Assembly (NCBI GenBank): GCA_038087875.1 | Contig: CM075993.1 | Span: forward strand, 3,474,001-3,538,000 | DNA from: Malacoraja senta | Lineage: Eukaryota | Length of the DNA: 64,000 bases | Reading direction: 5' to 3' | In this document: piece by piece, positions 53,161 to 64,000 of the stretch | Layout of the letters: each line of letters opens with the position of its first letter | How positions within the stretch are numbered: the first letter of the stretch is position 1 | Program-made: the position numbers and the translations under genes | The notes under the pieces: generated by a model | Told to the model about the DNA's origin: nothing | Seen by the model: the letters and a program-made list of their open reading frames with translations, nothing else | The model's database searches: none

Positions 53161-53637
53161 AGGGCCTGTCCCACCAGCATGCGATTGCATGCGTCTAGCG
53201 CGACCAAACGTGGTCGCTTGAGGCGTACGGGCAGCGCGTGGCCGGTCCCACTTCCAAGCGCCGAAGGCGTATGGAGTTGTGTGGGGCTGGTCCCGACATC
53301 ACGCGAGGCTCCGAAAATCCCACACTGTCCGAAATCTTCACGCGCCAACGGCCTGTCGGCCCGCAGGCGCATTGAGGGCGTATGCAACGTCTCGACGGCG
53401 TACGCCTAGCTCGTGGCGTTGCGCGATGATGTCACCGCCCGGCGTGCCGTTGCGTGATGACGTCACCGCCCGACGCCGTGCGACGTCCAAATTCAGTCGT
53501 CCCACCTCCTGCCCAGCTGATTGGTGAGTATGACGTAAATTACGTCACGCGCGAACTTTGCGAGTACTTAGCGCGAACTTAGCGCGAACTCTGCTTCCGT
53601 TTGGTCGCGCTAGTCGCATGCTGGTGGGACAGGCCCT
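53161..53637. mobile_element. PIF/Harbinger-type MITE, CpG-rich, TAA TSD
   Basis: 24-bp perfect TIR AGGGCCTGTCCCACCAGCATGCGA plus a further 16-bp inverted segment; TAA at 53158-53160 and 53638-53640. Confidence 0.85.
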
Positions 53638-54278
53638 TAAAGCCCCATACCACCAGGTTCAGGAATAGCTACTTTCCTACAACCTCCAGTTTCTTCACCC
53701 AACCTGCACAACCCCAATGCTACCTCGACAACTAAACTCCATGGCTCACCTCTTACACAACTGTGGACTCTTTTTCATAGGTTTTTGAACTAATGTCTTG
53801 TTTATTGCACAGGCTTTGGACTAAATATTGTACCCTTTATCTGTATACTGTGGACTACATTATGCATAGACTCAGTGGGCCGAACGGCCTGTTTCCACTC
53901 TGTATCTCTAAAGTAAACTATTTAAATTAAATTTAAATCTATAAAGTAGATGCGTTTAAAACATATTAAGCAGCAGTTACAAATATTAAAATACATTCAG
54001 TTTGTCTTTGTCTTCATCCTATTTCACACTCCCTTTTTTCATGCCTCCGCCTGTAACTTCAAATGTTTGATTTCCAATGTTTTGTGGTCCTGATGAAAGT
54101 CAGAACATTAATTCATATTCTCCTTGTGCTGCCTATCCTGTTTCCAGCATTTTCCCTTTATTTTACATTTCCAGTATGTGCTGTGTTCTTGCTCTAAGCT
54201 TTGTGGCCAAATACATAGTGTAAGTGAAATGCCTGCGTGTGATCTCATTGTGTTGTAACATTCTTAAACATCCATGGT

Positions 54279-54690
54279 CATCATCATCGGCGGCCACTCG
54301 AAACGAGTATGACTGTCCTCTCCTCGGAGGACGCCTGTGTGTGACTTTGTTTAACGTGGGGAGACTGTTGCACAGACAGCCACCACACGGTCCTTGACAG
54401 ATCTGGGTCAGGATCCAGTGGCATGGAGTCCAAGACGACCGGAGACCCTTTTCTGCTGCAGCCTTCATCCGCTTTCCCAGCCGTTGTGACGCTCCACTAA
54501 AGTCAGCCATCATCCTCTGCCTGTTCCACCGTTGAGGTCTTGCTTGGATTTCCTTTTGTCATGGACCTCCCCCTCGACCGTACCGCCATGGGTGGCCCTA
54601 CCAGGAGCATAGCTCCAGACGGCATCGCTCTCAGGATCTCAGGTCCACATAAGCTTCTCCACCACGACAAGGTGACAAGCCACGGAGGAG
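54279..54690 (-). mobile_element. Non-autonomous RTE-clade (Expander/BovB-like) element: 5' UTR joined to a (GAT)n tail
   Basis: Minus-strand 5' end tgtcaccttgtcgtggtggag..gatgccgt..ggtagggccacccatggc resembles RTE 5' UTRs as I recall them; (CAT)n at the left end. Confidence 0.7.
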
Positions 54691-54892
54691 TAAAATAGCC
54701 ACGGTATGATCACAGTGGCCATTGTATTATTGTGGATATGCTACATTTGGTAAAGTTTACTTGTTAATTGATAATCCATATGACCTTCTTAAAATGCTTC
54801 TGCTGGAGTAGATCTAAAGGCAAATTGCAATGAAAAATTTAAGGTGCTAAAATCTAATCTTCATGTTAACTGGTGTCCTTTTTCTCTTGCAG

Positions 54893-55006
54893 TCAATATG
54901 GGCATCAGGCACAGAGTGTATCGCCAAGTACAATTTCAGTGGCAGTGCAGAACAAGATCTTCCTTTTAACAAGGGTGATGTTCTCACCATTATATCAGTT
55001 ACCAAG
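54893..55006 (+). CDS. CSK: CSK exon, SH3 domain N-terminal half ([38 protein letters not shown])
   Basis: Polypyrimidine acceptor ttttctcttgcAG; 114 nt open; donor AAG|gtaata. Matches human [41 protein letters not shown]. Confidence 0.97.
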
Positions 55007-55483
55007 GTAATAGCATTCATCATTGTCTCCATGGAAATATAACATCTCATTATAGAAGTAATCTTGAGTGATTATCCTGAAATGTGTACCTGCAAAGTTT
55101 TTGCAATTTTTAAAAATATATGATTGATATTGTGAAACGTGCTATTTGCCATTGTTATACCAGTGTTGTCTTTCAGGCCATCTCCTTGAAGAGATGAGCT
55201 GTAAAGAAAACAGAGTAGTTGTTAGCAGGGTTTATTATTCCAAACCGTGCTCATGGTTAACTTTGTGTATTAATTCAAATGGTGTACTTTTAAAACAAAT
55301 ACCATTTCACGGTCAGCTTTGTGATTGCTCCCCCCCTTCTATGCCCACTGTAATAATGCATAGATTATTACCTCTTCAACCGACTGTATTGTGGATGAAA
55401 TTGAAAATTCACTATGAGTAGAATGATGTCAGTATATTCCAATTTAATTGTGCAAATCTGATATTTGTTAATTAAGCTATTTC

Positions 55484-55910
55484 AAGATACAAGATACGTT
55501 TACTTGTCACATGTACCAATTGGTACAGTGATATGTGTGGTCATCATACAGCCATAGGAATTTAAAAAAAAGAACACAACACACGATGGACTCCAACATA
55601 AAACATCCCCACACAGCAGAATCAAAGTTTCCCACTGTGAGGGAAGGCACAAAATCTTCAGTCATCTTCCTCTGATGATCCTTGATATTCACCCGTGGTC
55701 GGGGCCTCCCGAGCCCTCCGCAGTCGCTGCTACGGGTGGCCCGATGTTCAGGCCCGCTCGCCGGGATGATGGAACTCCGATGTCGGACCGGGAGAACAAC
55801 CTCAGCGGCTTGGAGCTCCGAATCGGCCACTTCCTACCAGAGTCCGCGACTCCCGAAGTCCACAGGCGAAGATTCACGCTGGCGGCCCTCGGCAAAGGGA
55901 TCCCAGGTCT
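55484..55910 (-). mobile_element. GC-rich non-autonomous LINE-derived fragment
   Basis: (caagata)2 tail and cactgtaccaattggtacatgtgacaagtaaa 3' end on the minus strand; CpG-rich body sharing the cccactgtg.ggaagg motif with 30433-31394. Confidence 0.6.
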
Positions 55911-56736
55911 TGTAATGGTTCTGCTGTATTGTTTTTAAGGCTATTAAACATGGAAGATATTGATCTTCTCCAGTTTCTCAAGTGCTTTATTGATCTAGTG
56001 GTTTGAGAACAAGATGGAGGGTTAGCAAGATTTTGCTTGGTTGCGCTGATTTCTCGTGAAGTGTGAAAATTCTGTGTGAAAATAACTTGTGGTCTGCTCC
56101 GCTAGTGTCAGAATCTAGAGTCAATATAACATTCCATTAATTGGTAGTCTCAAGACGATAACAAAAGCAAGAAGTTAAAATATGGTGCAAGAGAGGGTAG
56201 TTTGGGTTTGGAGGCATCGAGTAAAATGGTGTCCACCAGTACAGCACCTGATCTGGGAGTATTGAATATTAATACTAAATATGATTACAAATAGATGTTA
56301 GTTTGCCACAACATGGCCATTCTCTAACCTAAAATGTGTGGGAAGGAACTGCAGTTGCTGGTTTACGCTGAAGATAGACACAAAATGCTGGAGTAACTCA
56401 GTGGGGCAGCAGGATCTCTGTTTTCACACCTTACCCTTCCGTATCTCTACACTCCCTCTCCCTTGACGTGCAGTCTGAAGAAGGGTCGCGGCCTGAAGCG
56501 TCATCCATTCTTTCTCTCCAGAGATGCTGCCTGTCCCGCTGAGATGCTCCAGTATTTTCTGTCTCTAACTTAAAATGCTGCCTGCATATTTTGCCGCTCA
56601 TCTACCAACTTCTTGGAACTCAAACTTTGGGTATTTCAATTGAAAGATCATTAAAAATTGGAAAAATAGTAAGTCATGTACAGCCATTATCTACAACTTT
56701 AATAAATAATATATAATTTGATTGAATTGCTTGGAT

Positions 56737-57413
56737 AATAGACAATAGGTGCAGGAGCAGGCCCTTCGAGCCCTCACCACCATTCAATGTGATCATAGCT
56801 GATCATCCCCAATCAGTACCCCATTCCTGCCTTCTCCTCATATCCCTTGACTCCGCTATCTTTAAGAGCCCTATCTAGCTCTCTCTTGAAAATATCCAGA
56901 GAACTAGCCTCCACCGCCCTCTGAGGCAGAGAATTCCACAGACTCACAACTCTCTGTGAGAAAAAGTGTTTCCTCGTCTCCGTTCTAAATGGCTTACCCC
57001 TTATTCTTAAACTGTGGCCCCTGGTTCTGGACTCCCCAACATCAGGAACATGTTTCCTGCCTCCAGCGTGTCCAAACTCTTAACAATCTTATATGTTTCA
57101 ATAAGATTCCCTCTCAACCTTCTAAACTCCAGAGTGTACAAGCCCAGCCACTCTATTCTCTCAGCATATGACAGTCCCGCCATCCCGGGAATTAACCGTG
57201 TAAACCTTCGCTGCACTCCCTCAATAGCAAGAATGTCCTTCCTCAAATTAGGGGACCAAAACTGCACCCAATACTCCAGGTGTGGTCTCACTAGGGCTCT
57301 GTACAACTGCAGAAGGAATCCTTGCTCCTATACTCAACTCTTGTTATAATACCAACATGCCATTCGCTTTCTTCACTGCCTGCTGTAACTGCATGCTTAC
57401 TTTCATAGACTGA
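56737..57413 (-). mobile_element. CR1 LINE 3' fragment
   Basis: YRALVRPHLEYWVQFWSP..IEGVQRRFTRLIPG..LGLYTLEFRRLRGNLIETYKI. Confidence 0.9.
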
Positions 57414-57723
57414 TTAACTCTATTGGAGGAAATAGAAATGAAAATCTTGATGCAAAAAGGTCCAAACTGAAAAAGGAATTGATATCTTTACAACCAATAC
57501 TGATTTCTGATATGATATAATTGGTGGAGTATATTCCAAAGTACAAAGAATTCATCAAGATCAAATATTTGTATCGCTAATATCCGTGTAGTTTTATTCC
57601 CAGTTATTTGTGTATTCTGCATATGTGAAGAGCTCAATTCATTCCTTCATCCCAGCATTCTGAATAACTTGTCTATCCACGCTATAACGACCTAGGCTCA
57701 AAAATCTTTCTCAATTTTTCTAG

Positions 57724-57836
57724 GATCCAAACTGGTACAAAGCAAGAAGCAAAATAGGTAAAGAAGGAATTATCCCTGCAAATTATGTCCAGAAGAGAGA
57801 GGGAGTCAAGTCTGGGGCCAAGCTTAGCCTTATGCC
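57724..57836 (+). CDS. CSK: CSK exon, SH3 C-terminal half and SH3-SH2 connector ([38 protein letters not shown])
   Basis: Acceptor tttttctAG; 113 nt ending in phase 2; donor CC|gtaagt. Matches human [38 protein letters not shown]. Confidence 0.97.
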
Positions 57837-58844
57837 GTAAGTAGATGGTTTGGTGTAGCATTGTAATCATAGACTGTAGAATGCGGAGATGAATGAAATG
57901 GACACTTGTAATCGCAATATAATGTTTTATTGCTTCAAAATTGAAAAGAAGCAAATGGGGAATTGTCACTGTTCTAAGTATTTAAACCGATGGTGTTAAT
58001 TTCAATGAATGGTGCTCTTATGTGGAAAGCCAGCAGCATCATCCCTAGAATGTTCACGTTCAACAATGTGAACATTGATACTCCACATTTGTTGTCATCT
58101 TCTCCTAGCTAATAATGATCTATTCTACATTTCCTTTGTCTTGTTTTCACACCTTCCCCTTCCTTATCTCTGTGTCTCCGTCTCTCCCCTGACTCTGAAG
58201 TCTGAAGAAGGGTTTTGACCCGAAACGTCACCCGTTCCTTCTATCCAGAAATGCTGCTGAGTTCTTCCAGCATTTTGTGTCTATCTCTTTGTTTGGACTT
58301 TGCCCCTTTTGATTCAATGCAGTGACTATTATCTAATCTTGGCTGCCTTTACTTTCTGGTGTGCTTACTGGCTGGAATCGCTATTCAGTCAATTGATATA
58401 AGCAAAATAAAAGTCCCATTCCATAGTGACATGGGGCGTAATAAATGCACTGGAAGGAAATATTTTTTCCAAAATTGTTTTATGGCTACAAGTTGCTCTT
58501 TGTTGAGCTTCTGCTGTTGGAATAACTTAATCTGCACTCTTCTCTTCAATTGGATCTCCTGAAGCTAGCTGTTGTACATCAGAGGAGGTTGGGTTAGATC
58601 TGTTTGCTACACTGCCTTCCACTTGGTGTTGCCAGTGCTTTGAGTGACATAAGTGCCAAAGGCATTGTTTAATTTTGCCAGAGGTGAGGTAACATTTTTT
58701 GGGAGGAAACCATTTCTCCTAGGCTGATCTCATCTGCCTTCAGATTTGTTTCCTGAGAGACCTTTACATTTTTCATCAATATTTAACCAGCTACTGCTGC
58801 CATATTTCTCAAGTTACATTGTCATGAATGTATTAACACTGTGG

Positions 58845-59490
58845 TTTACTAGAATGCTGCCCCGATTCAAGAGAATTAGCTATAAGGAGAGGCTGGATTG
58901 TTTTCTCTGGAACGGCAAAGATTGAGGGGGGAACTGATAGAAGTGCATAGAAGTAGGGAAAGCATTGACAAGACGTTCCTTTAGGAAGGAGATGAGGAGG
59001 AATTTCTTTAGTCAGAGGGTGGTGAATCTGTGGAATTCTTTGCCACAGAAGGCTGTAGAGGCCAAGTCAATGGATATTTTTGAAGCAGAGATAGATAGAT
59101 TCTTAGGTAGACAGAATTGCTGGAGAAACTCAGCGGGTGCGGCAGCATCTATGGAGCGAAGGTAATAGGCAACGTTTCGGGCCAAAACCCTTCTTCAGAC
59201 TTCAGGTTCAGTCTGAAGAAGGATTTCGGCCCGAAACGTTGCCTATTTCCTTCGCTCCATAGATGCTGCCGCACCCGCTGAGTTTCTCCAGCAATTTTGT
59301 CTACCTTCGATTCTCCAGCATCTGCAGTTCCTTCTTGAACATAGATAGATTCTTGATTAGTACGGGTGTCAGGGGTTATGGGGAGAAGGCAGGAGAATGG
59401 GGTTAGGAGAGATAGATGAGCCATGATTGAATGGCAGAGTAGACTTAATGGGCCGAATGTCCTAATTCTGCTCCTATCACATGACTTTAT
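58845..59490 (+). mobile_element. CR1 fragment(s) split by a palindromic Penelope-like insertion
   Basis: NFFSQRVVNLWNSLP..; CR1 resumes at 59341 after the insert. Confidence 0.8.
59105..59340. mobile_element. Palindromic Penelope-like element with 14-bp TSD
   Basis: ATAGATAGATTCTT at 59091-59104 and 59341-59354; arms of about 95 nt are near-perfect reverse complements, each with a CTGAAGA..GAAAC-GTT core. Confidence 0.8.
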
Positions 59491-62400
59491 GACAGACAGA
59501 ACCTTATTCCCCATATTTCAAAGATGACGACATAGCTTTAAGCTGAGAGGGGCAAAGTTTAGAGGGGATGTGTGGAGCGTATTTTCTTGCGCAGTGGGTG
59601 TCTGGTGGGTGCCATGGGTAGTAGTGGAGACAGATAAGATGGTAGCATTAAAGAAGCTTTTAGATAGACATTGGCTGAATGAATGGGGGGGATATGGATC
59701 AGTTACAAGCAAAGGAGATTGGTTTAACTTGGCATCATGTTGGTGCTGACAATGTGGGCTGAAGGGCTTGTTAATGTGATGGACTGTTCTGTGTTCTATG
59801 TTCAATTTCTATGTTGCACGAATGAGCAATGCTCGTTGCTTTGAGTACAATATTAACTTCCTTCATGATTAAGCAATAACTCATCAAAATGGATTCCCAG
59901 TTGAGTCTAGATAATGGATAAAGGATTAGAATCCACAGACTGCATAGTAACTGTAAACCCTTGGGAACGCAAGAGCTTTAGTGATATGGGTTTCTCGTAT
60001 CCAGACCAGGAAAGGAAATCTTGGAAGGAAAGGTAAATTGAGACCTATCACAGAAAATGTTCAAAATGATAAGTTCAGACATGTACTGATACTGTTTTTC
60101 AGACATTATATGATCCATCCTTGTCAAAAGGGCAGCTGGAATTGATTTCTGAGGAATGGGTTGCTATCATTTTCAGTCAGCCGGCTTTTAAGTAACACAA
60201 TTTTACCATTCAGCTGAAAAATAAACAGTAAAAGTTAATTACTAGGCTGCAGGGCCAGATAAATGTCGTAATGGCTGCTCTTGAGATGTTTCAATTGATT
60301 TTTTATCCTGGAATTTGACAATATAGACCTTGGGAGGGGAAAAAAATGTTTTCCAGCCTTGTTTGCAAGATTTAATGGATCAAATCCAAGATTCTCAGTC
60401 TGCAGAAGGGTCTCGACCCAAAAAGTCACCCATTCCTTCTATCCAGAGCCTGTCCCGCTGAGAAACTCCAGCATTTTGTGTTTATCCAACATTAATGTGT
60501 TTAATTTAAGTTAGTTTGGAGATACAGGGTGGAAACAGGCCCTTCTGCTAACGTCCATGTCGACCATGCCTAGTTCTATCTTACACACTGGGGACAATTT
60601 ACAGAAGCCAAGTAACCTGTAGGTCTTTGGAGTGTAGGAGCACCCAGACAAAACCCATGTGGTCACACAGAGAACGTACAAACTCCGTACGGACAGCACT
60701 CAAAGTCGGGATTGAACCTGATTCTCTGGCACTGCAAGGCAGCAACTCTACCATTGCACTACTGTGCTTTAATTCAAAATTGAAACTGTCTCCAAAAGAC
60801 CCATCAACGATTTTTGAGCAAGGGTAGTCATTTGGGAGAGGTGTGGTCGGTTGGCTAAATTCTGAATTGTCAATCAGATTCAAATATGCACAAGCAAGTT
60901 GGTTACAATTTCAGATGCATTGTGTAAGGTGCAGTGACCTTCATTGAAAGGAACATCTTAATGGATGTCTCAGTGAAGAAAAATTGGGCTTAATGTAAAT
61001 TTCCCTCTGACACTGAGAGCAGACTAAAGATTTGTATTTGATGTGTGCCGTTTGCTGAACTAAGTAATTGATTCTCCTGCAGTTTGAAATCTGCAGCTAA
61101 CAGTAATTGATACCATAATTACATACAAGTTATTTCCCCCTCCCATTTGCCAGGGTACTAAAATATTGAATGCATCAAATAGATGGGAAATATGGTATCC
61201 TAGAGCAACTCTTATCTGACAACTATTTATTATATTATGTGATGCCATTGTTATACATCACATCATGACTTTTATGGTCCCAGGAGCTTAGTGGCAAAAT
61301 AAACTTTTAAAAAAATATTCATTTGTTCTCGATTGCAATGTGTGTGCTGATCTACTAATGTTGGTGTTAATAGATGCTGTAGGTGTTTAATTTGTGTGTC
61401 TGCACATGCCAGGAAAACATTACAGCAGTTGTTGAAACCTGCAGGCGAAGATTTCTGCTATCATTGGTCTTGGGTGGAAGTACCTGATAATTAGGAGTGG
61501 GAATAGATGACCCGGAGAGATTGAAGTTGTGTAGGAAGGAACTGCAGATGCTGGTTTGAACCGAAGATAGACACAAAAAGCTGGAGTAATTCAGTGGGTC
61601 ACACAGCACCTCTAGAGAAAAGGAATAGGTGACATTTTGGGTCGAGACTGGTCTGCAGAAGGGCCTCAACCCATAACGTCACCTATTCCTTTTCTCCAGA
61701 GATGCTGACTAACCTGCTGAGTTACTCCAGCTTTCTGTGTCTAAGATAGACAAAAATGCTGGAGAAACTCAGCGGGTGACACTGCATCTATGGAGCGAAG
61801 GAAATAGGCAACGTTTTGGGTCAAGACCCTTCTTCAGGGTGGGGGGACGGGAAGAAGAAAAGAGGGATTTAACGCTGGATGTGTCTAAGATGTGTCTGTG
61901 ATCTGTGTCTAAGAATTAGGTTATGTTAATGAAAAAGTCTGACAAAAAAAATCAGTAGAAGAATCTGAATAGATGGTGATGAGGCAAGATCGGGTCTGTC
62001 CTCATAAATGGAAATTGCTCCTGGAATATGATGTTGCTGAAGGACATTACAGGGGCGGGAGGGGGGGGGGGGGCTGTGATGCCTTAATTTGACCTTTTAA
62101 AGTAATGCACAGCTGAATGAAAACTAGTGATCAAAATACTTCATCCACCATTATATAGGTAAGAGTGGACAATGCAAACTAGCTGAATATTGAACAAATG
62201 ATTGGTGATCAATTGTGCAGAGATTGGGATACGAGACCAAAGATACAATAGGGAGTGGAGCATTGAACTGAAGTTCAGAGTCGGTTATGGACCGAATTTC
62301 AACAAAGTTGTCGCCCAATATACATGTAATTTTCTCTTCAATGGAGAAACAATATTTAACTCAATGCATTGTTCCCACCTGTCATAAGATGCCACAGGCC

Positions 62401-62731
62401 TGCAGCAACCAACGTCCATCCCACCAGTCTCCCAGACACTCAGTACAAAAGATAGACACAAAAAGCTGGAGTAACTCAGCGGGTCAGACAGCTTCACTGG
62501 AGAAAAGGAATAGGTGAGATTTCGAGTCAAGGCTATCTTCGGTTTAAACCAGCATCTGCAGTTCCTTCCTACTCGCTCATTTGTATCGACAGGAGTCCAG
62601 AGGTCGGTTGTTCATAACCAAGGGTGGATAAATCTACACAGTGCTCCCTCCAAGACCGTGGCCAATTTTGATGGTTGTGTTTTTGTTAGCCTGCTTCATT
62701 CATCGTAACATTGCCTTTCTGTACATTGCAG

Positions 62732-62951
62732 TTGGTTTCATGGAAAAATTACACGTGAGCAAGCTGAGCAGCTACTCTGTCCTCCTGTAGACGGGTTATA
62801 TTTAGTACGGGAAAGTACCAACTATCCTGGAGACTACACACTGTGTGTGAGCTGTAGCGGGAAGGTGGAACATTACCGAATCATTTACTCCTCCAGCAAA
62901 CTCAGCATCGATGAAGAAGCCTACTTTGATAACTTGATGCAGTTGGTAGAG
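62732..62951 (+). CDS. CSK: CSK exon, SH2 domain ([73 protein letters not shown])
   Basis: Acceptor cattgcAG; first base completes the phase-2 Pro codon; 220 nt open; donor GAG|gttagc. Strong match to the CSK SH2 domain. Confidence 0.97.
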
Positions 62952-63979
62952 GTTAGCAAGATTTTAATAACTTTTTAATCGTCGGAATATTTTAAGACGT
63001 TTTGAGAGCCCAATATGCTATTTCAAATGACAGAAATGTTTTAAACCTCTGATTTTCCTGTGTAACCTCTAATTATGTAATTTTTCAGAATTTGATAATC
63101 AAATGTAAGGATGAGTTGAACTATAATGGGGCTAAGAGGGAGAGGTTGATCAGCCATGATTAAATGGCAGAGTAGACCTGATGGGCTGAATGGCCTAATT
63201 CTGCCCCTGTCACTTATGAACTTATATTAACAGAATTGCAAAGACTTTTCCTGGTTTGCAATTAGTGGTTTCCCAACTAGTTTGTACTACACTTGTATTT
63301 GTAAATTTCTGATCCAGTGATCAGCTTTAGTTTTCAAATTATTTTCGCTAAACCAATTCTTTACCAAATTGTCTGGCATTGATCATGGGAACTGTGCAGG
63401 TAGTTTAAAAACTCCACAAAAACATTTTCAAATGCAGCTAAAACCAGTTTATTTTTAATGTTCCCATTGGGGTTAGGAGGGATAGATCAGCAATGATTGA
63501 ATGGCGGAGTAGACTTAATGGACCGAATGGCCTAATTTGGCTCCTATTACTTATGACCTTATTATGGTCAGATATAAGGTTCAAAAATAATTAGCAAACA
63601 TATCTTTAAAGTTGGCATCAAATAAGTTTGGTACTTAAGTCTCCAACTGTCTATTAATGAGTTCCAATGCTGTATGATTATTAATGAATGAAAAGGAGCT
63701 AATCATAATTTCCCAAATGGGGTTTTGTCATTGGCATCTGTGGGCCATTTCTGGATTTGTTCCACAACAGCTGATTTGAATCTCAAATTTGGTGCCAAGT
63801 CCCTTTCCTGTATTCAACTTTCAACTAGAAATGGATTGCCATTCATCTGAAACTGTAATAGTTCCTCAGAGGCTTCAGCCAAAACCCTTGGATATGAACT
63901 GTGTGTATAAAATCTTGTTCTGAGTCTTCGAATTAAACGAGTGGGCCGAATGCTCAATTATATGCTGAGTGAAAGGCTC

Positions 63980-64000
63980 TTAAGATTTTGTTTGCCACAG
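63980..64000 (+). other. Probable splice acceptor of the next CSK exon at the window edge
   Basis: Window ends in ttaagattttgtttgccacAG, about 1 kb after the SH2 exon; the exon itself would lie outside the window. Confidence 0.5.

Noticed and set aside
53033..53527. Arg/Ala-rich ORFs
   Set aside because: Fall within the Harbinger MITE; no transposase motifs.
54088..54105. CTGATGA hammerhead core (gtcctgatgaaagtcagaac)
   Set aside because: Helix II and GAAAC-GUC are missing; at most a decayed older relative.
57682..57969. Antisense ORFs over CSK exons (also 54847-55050 and 50061-50246)
   Set aside because: Shadows of the real exons on the opposite strand, with no independent coding signal.
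50170..62951. Paralogue MATK/CHK instead of CSK
   Set aside because: The five-residue N-terminal exon and the SH3/SH2 sequence follow CSK closely; MATK has a longer N-terminus and a more divergent SH3.

Overview
Vertebrate genomic DNA, very likely a cartilaginous fish (skate/ray-type repeat families; inferred from the repeats, not proven). The only host gene I can support is CSK (C-terminal Src kinase) on the + strand. Four exons encode the start (MSQPQ), the SH3 domain and the SH2 domain at 50097-62951, and the window ends on what looks like the next splice acceptor. The first ~50 kb has no supported host CDS and is probably the long 5' intron. Almost all ORFs in the supplied track are transposon fragments or chance ORFs. 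Repeats include CR1, Rex1/Babar, L2, L1-type, RTE and Ingi/Vingi-like LINE pieces, tRNA-derived V-SINEs, a Tc1 remnant, and hAT and PIF/Harbinger MITEs. The most interesting signals are: (i) about 40 copies, counted by eye, of a short, often palindromic Penelope-like repeat carrying a minimal hammerhead-ribozyme core (CUGAAGA-helix II-GAAAC-GUC); (ii) an HDV-like ribozyme fold at the 5' end of an RTE-derived element in CSK intron 2; (iii) a short uORF in the CSK start exon; (iv) a candidate internal promoter/first exon; and (v) several cleanly nested insertions with TSDs. Repeat boundaries are approximate unless TSDs or TIRs are quoted.
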